A DNA stretch of 64,000 nucleotides from the NCBI GenBank assembly GCA_017510725.1, contig JAFWMD010000049.1:82478-146477 (forward strand), read 5' to 3'. The DNA comes from Mogibacterium sp. GTDB taxonomy: Bacteria; Bacillota; Clostridia; Peptostreptococcales; Anaerovoracaceae. Below the pieces are notes generated by a model. That model worked only from the letters and a program-made list of their open reading frames with translations. It was not told the origin of the DNA and did not search any database. How positions within the stretch are numbered: position 1 is the stretch's first letter; every line of letters starts with the position of its first letter. Both the position numbers and the translations under genes were made by a program. Shown here piece after piece: positions 60,637-64,000 of this stretch.

Positions 60637-62760
60637 TTAGTCATGTTCTGAAGCTGACCGTGCGAATGCCTTGCGGTATCCATCGAGCTTCTGTTTCTTG
60701 TCGAAGACTTTGAGTCTGAGACGTTTGCGCTTGTCAAGAGCTGCAAATACACGGTCCCAGTCCACGCTCTCATCGATAAGCCTGTAGTAATTGTTGGCAC
60801 TTATCTCGTAATCCACCCTGAACGCATGGCTCTTTCGGCCTGCACCTTCAGGGATCACATTCCAGTCGCTGCCGTACTGCATCTCGAGGCACTCAACGGC
60901 TCTCACCGGAACCGGGAACTCGGTATCCTCGAACTTATGATATACCGGATCGTCCATCTGACCCGGCTCGTATATGCGCGGACGTCTTGCCCAAAGCCTT
61001 ACCACCTGCAGGTCATCCGGCTTGCGCGATCCGTATTTTTCAAGCGCTTCTATGCGTCTTGCGGTCTCCTCTGCCTTGCTGGTTGCGTCTTCGCGCTCCT
61101 TGCATGCGTAGTATTCGTCCTTGTACTCGAGTATCCTTGCATTGTTGATGAATACGTCGGACAGTATCTCCTGATAAAGCAGGCTGTCGCGCAGGTATTC
61201 ATCGAGATGCTCGCGCGGAACGTTGTCCATGACGAATACATCGATGCCTGTGCCCATGCCGACTCCGCCCATGAAGATTCGAGTCTTAACGAAGCGAGTG
61301 TCACTCAGCTGTGTGAACATGCCGAAAGGCCTCTGGAACGCGTGATTCTTCTCGTAGCAGTCGAAGGTGATGTCGTCCCAAGGCAAGTCATCAGACACGG
61401 CTATAAGCTTGTAGTAGTTATCCCTGCTCATAACGATGTCGATGTCGTCATCCCACGGTATGAATCCATCATGTCTGATGGCTCCGAGCAGACTGCCTCC
61501 GAAGAGGAAGTACTCGATATCCTTCTCACGTAGGAAGGCATCGACTTTCTTCATCAGTGTAAGGAGTCTCTCCTGCGTCTCGGAAAGCACTCCGTTTTCG
61601 AGGTCCTTTTCGCTGTCGCGCGGATCAGTCCTCGGTGGAAGCACTTCGAGCGGTCTGCCGCTGTAATCGGTCAGCGCCACAGGCTTCCTGTTCTGAGGGA
61701 TTAGCTTCGTGATGTCCTTCACGAAGGCTGTCATGCCCTTATGCTCCAGGAGCGCGGTTACTATATCCGTGAGCCTTTCATCTATATACAGATCGAGACC
61801 TGCATCATGGTGCTTCTTGATTGCGTAAAGATAAGGCTTCAGCTCAGCTTCGAGCAGGTCATAACTGCCTTTATCAAGCATGGCTTTAAGCTCATCCTCA
61901 CGTCCGCTGAGTTCTCTGTAAAAAAATATCTTGTCTGCCGCCTGATCACTCACGCGGTAGCACTTCTCTATCTCTCTGTGAGTCTTGCGGAACTCTGCAC
62001 TTTCCGTACGATACTCCTTAAAGAGCTTCTCGTACGCGCTTATGTCTTCTGCCGGTACGCGTGACTTCCATTCCTTCCAGCTGATATCCGTGCTGAGGAA
62101 TCGGTCATCGTCAGGCGTGAACTCAGCAATCTCCGCATACTCCCAGCCCGGCCCGAACTGAGCCGTGAAAAAAGCATCATAATCTTCAGGGATGCTGAAG
62201 GCCTTGCCGTAAAGGGACAGCTCCTTGCTTTTTTCAAAAAGGCCTCTTTCGAATACACAGCCCGCGGCTTTTAAACTGCCCTCCTGTTTCGAAGCCTCGG
62301 CAGACCATCTTGCGAAAAGCCTGTCCGCTCTGAGAAGCTTTTTTTCGAGCCTCTTAAGGTATCCGGCTGCCTTTCCCTTTGCAGCATCCGACGGTCTGAG
62401 GAGATGCACGGTCACATGCATGCAATTATTTTCAATATTGAAAAAATCATTCGTGTCGCAGTCGATGGTGGAAGGATCGAACAGTCTTATCTCATACCTT
62501 GGATAATCGCCGTTGGTGATCATCGATTCCACACCAAATGACCCGGTGGTCTCGCCCCTGAGAGCCTTCTCAAGTCTGACCGCATCCTGGGCGCGCGCGT
62601 AAACGTTCACATCCGTGAACGTGAGCCGCCCGTCCCTGAACGCACTGAGGGCGGCAGCATCGGCGAGCCAGAGCCCGATGCCCTCGCGCGCGCATACATC
62701 CTGCGCCTTGCTCAGAATATTAAAGTATATTGATTCCCACTTTTCCAAAACGGCTGTCAC
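60637..62760 (-). CDS. Double LicD-family phosphotransferase-like protein
   Basis: The C-terminal half has the LicD motif YFLFGGSLLGAIRHDGFIPWDDDIDIVM. The N-terminal half has a degenerate version (GLWLADAAALSAFRDGRLTFTDVNVYA). Confidence 0.8.
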   Translation of the reverse strand: MTAVLEKWESIYFNILSKAQDVCAREGIGLWLADAAALSAFRDGRLTFTDVNVYARAQDAVRLEKALRGETTGSFGVESMITNGDYPRYEIRLFDPSTIDCDTNDFFNIENNCMHVTVHLLRPSDAAKGKAAGYLKRLEKKLLRADRLFARWSAEASKQEGSLKAAGCVFERGLFEKSKELSLYGKAFSIPEDYDAFFTAQFGPGWEYAEIAEFTPDDDRFLSTDISWKEWKSRVPAEDISAYEKLFKEYRTESAEFRKTHREIEKCYRVSDQAADKIFFYRELSGREDELKAMLDKGSYDLLEAELKPYLYAIKKHHDAGLDLYIDERLTDIVTALLEHKGMTAFVKDITKLIPQNRKPVALTDYSGRPLEVLPPRTDPRDSEKDLENGVLSETQERLLTLMKKVDAFLREKDIEYFLFGGSLLGAIRHDGFIPWDDDIDIVMSRDNYYKLIAVSDDLPWDDITFDCYEKNHAFQRPFGMFTQLSDTRFVKTRIFMGGVGMGTGIDVFVMDNVPREHLDEYLRDSLLYQEILSDVFINNARILEYKDEYYACKEREDATSKAEETARRIEALEKYGSRKPDDLQVVRLWARRPRIYEPGQMDDPVYHKFEDTEFPVPVRAVECLEMQYGSDWNVIPEGAGRKSHAFRVDYEISANNYYRLIDESVDWDRVFAALDKRKRLRLKVFDKKQKLDGYRKAFARSASEHD

Positions 62761-63800
62761 TCCTGATTATCCAAAACCATATTCATGAACATTTCTGTGA
62801 TATATATGTACCACTTCTGATCGGGCGTCATGTCCCTTCCGACGCCCGGATAAAACTCCGGTCTCTTCGCGCCTTCAAAATCCGCCATCCACTGAGCCAA
62901 AGCCCTTGGCATAGGCAGCTTCTTAGGCTGGCCCATGTCCGGATAAAGCCTGTGGAACACCTCACGCACCAGATACTTGTTCTCTCCCGAGCGTATGCGG
63001 TCGAGATCGAGTTCGATGCCGAGCTTCGTGGTCAGATAAGGTGCCACGAATTCGATATTCGCCAGAGTACATGAATTTATATAAGAATTCGGCGATTGTC
63101 TCAGATGCACATCGTTCAGGAATCCGTAAACATCCATCCTTCCGTCCTTAAAATGCCTTTCGTAAGGCTCGCGTATAATGACGCCTTCTTTCAGCACCTC
63201 TCTTGGGTCAATGAAGTTGTGATAATCGATATACTCATCAAGGCCAAACTCCCTGCAGAGCTGTATGCTGTGTCCGCCGTAGATTATATCCGCCGTCTCA
63301 CCGAAAATGAGTTTGTCGAAGCCTGCGTTTACCGCTGTGAGTGCTGCCTTGTATATCTGCGGCTCTATCGAATGCACCGGTTGGCCCATATGTTTCAGCA
63401 GTTGCGGTGTGTACTTGATGTAGTCGTCCCATGTAATGTCGATTATCTCGTGATCGAGCCCGCAGATTTCCGCATATTTCGCAGCCTGCGAGGTCTCGTC
63501 GACCGCACCCGGAGCACAGCAGCGCAGCGTATACGCCTTTGTACCCTCAGGCATCATCCTGGCAAGTATTGCCGAGTCGATGCCGCTGCTGAGCATCAGC
63601 GCGCACTTTCCCTCTGCCAGGGCTTTCTCCGTCTCATTGCGCAGCGCCTCCTCCAGCTCAAAGCTGTCGTGAATGAGAGTCCTGTTCTCTGGTATCCTGA
63701 ATCTGCGCGGAACAACGCCCTCCGCAAATGTATAATTCTCATCTTCAACCATGCGAAACTCAAAGAATGAGCTGGCACAATAAACCGCATCGGCTTTCAT
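62757..63800 (-). CDS. Asparagine-synthetase-domain (PP-loop ATP pyrophosphatase) protein lacking the glutaminase domain
   Basis: PP-loop-like ALMLSSGIDSAILARM. At 347 aa it corresponds only to the AsnB C-terminal synthetase domain. Confidence 0.7.
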   Translation of the reverse strand: MKADAVYCASSFFEFRMVEDENYTFAEGVVPRRFRIPENRTLIHDSFELEEALRNETEKALAEGKCALMLSSGIDSAILARMMPEGTKAYTLRCCAPGAVDETSQAAKYAEICGLDHEIIDITWDDYIKYTPQLLKHMGQPVHSIEPQIYKAALTAVNAGFDKLIFGETADIIYGGHSIQLCREFGLDEYIDYHNFIDPREVLKEGVIIREPYERHFKDGRMDVYGFLNDVHLRQSPNSYINSCTLANIEFVAPYLTTKLGIELDLDRIRSGENKYLVREVFHRLYPDMGQPKKLPMPRALAQWMADFEGAKRPEFYPGVGRDMTPDQKWYIYITEMFMNMVLDNQE

Positions 63801-63815
63801 CTGAAGCTTTCCTTT

Positions 63816-64000
63816 CTATTTCACATCGTTGAGTATGTGTTTACGTACGGATCTGAGCGCCTCTGAGATTCTTGTCGATGACACGCCCTTGGTGTATGGG
63901 AAGTAGATGATCTGTATGCCTTCCCTGGTGAATTCCTTCTCATACTCCTTCCACTTTTCGGTTCCGTACCAGTCGTCGCCTACGAAGAGATACTTCGCGC
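63816..64000 (-). CDS. tagD: Glycerol-3-phosphate cytidylyltransferase (TagD-like), C-terminal fragment; N-terminus beyond the window
   Basis: Hand translation of the minus strand: ...AKYLFVGDDWYGTEKWKEYEKEFTREGIQIIYFPYTKGVSSTRISEALRSVRKHILNDVK, with stop TAG at 63818..63816. This matches the TagD/TarD C-terminal pattern (VGDDW...K...Y.PYT.G.S(S/T)T.I). Confidence 0.7.
   Translation of the reverse strand, partial: AKYLFVGDDWYGTEKWKEYEKEFTREGIQIIYFPYTKGVSSTRISEALRSVRKHILNDVK

Noticed and set aside
1-64000. CRISPR arrays, rRNA/tRNA genes and known phage-defence cassettes.
   Set aside because: No regularly spaced short repeats, no cloverleaf-like or rRNA-like segments, and no nuclease/helicase/methylase-type ORFs were seen. 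The intergenic regions are short and are explained by promoters and terminators.

Overview
Firmicutes/Clostridia-like chromosomal segment, coded almost entirely on the minus strand. There are three themes. (1) Wall-teichoic-acid and envelope genes lie at both ends: a GDPD phosphodiesterase, an SDR epimerase, a CapK/PaaK-like adenylating enzyme, an ATP-grasp ligase, three TagB/TagF-type CDP-glycerol glycerophosphotransferases, a TagG/TagH exporter, a double LicD protein, an AsnB-like PP-loop protein and partial TagD. Secreted wall-associated proteins sit among them. (2) Eukaryote-like signalling genes are unusually concentrated. There are eight Hanks-type Ser/Thr kinases with different sensor parts: two PASTA, one C-type lectin, one beta-helix, three unknown ectodomains, and one polytopic-membrane/pseudo-AAA fusion. 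There are also two PP2C phosphatases and eight FHA domains in five proteins. (3) A T7SSb-type secretion locus carries EssC, YukD/EsaB, five tandem WXG100 genes, an Rhs/YD polymorphic toxin with immunity gene, and a second HExxH effector module. I cannot recognise EssA, EssB or EsaA in it. The locus is interleaved with FHA, kinase, phosphatase, pseudo-protease and LytTR genes. A conserved 31-bp element with 21-bp phased TGCA repeats sits 35-37 nt from extended -10 boxes upstream of three minus-strand units, each of which ends in kinase genes. I saw no rRNA, tRNA, CRISPR array, transposase or integrase. All calls come from reading motifs in the supplied translations and the DNA; no database search was possible.
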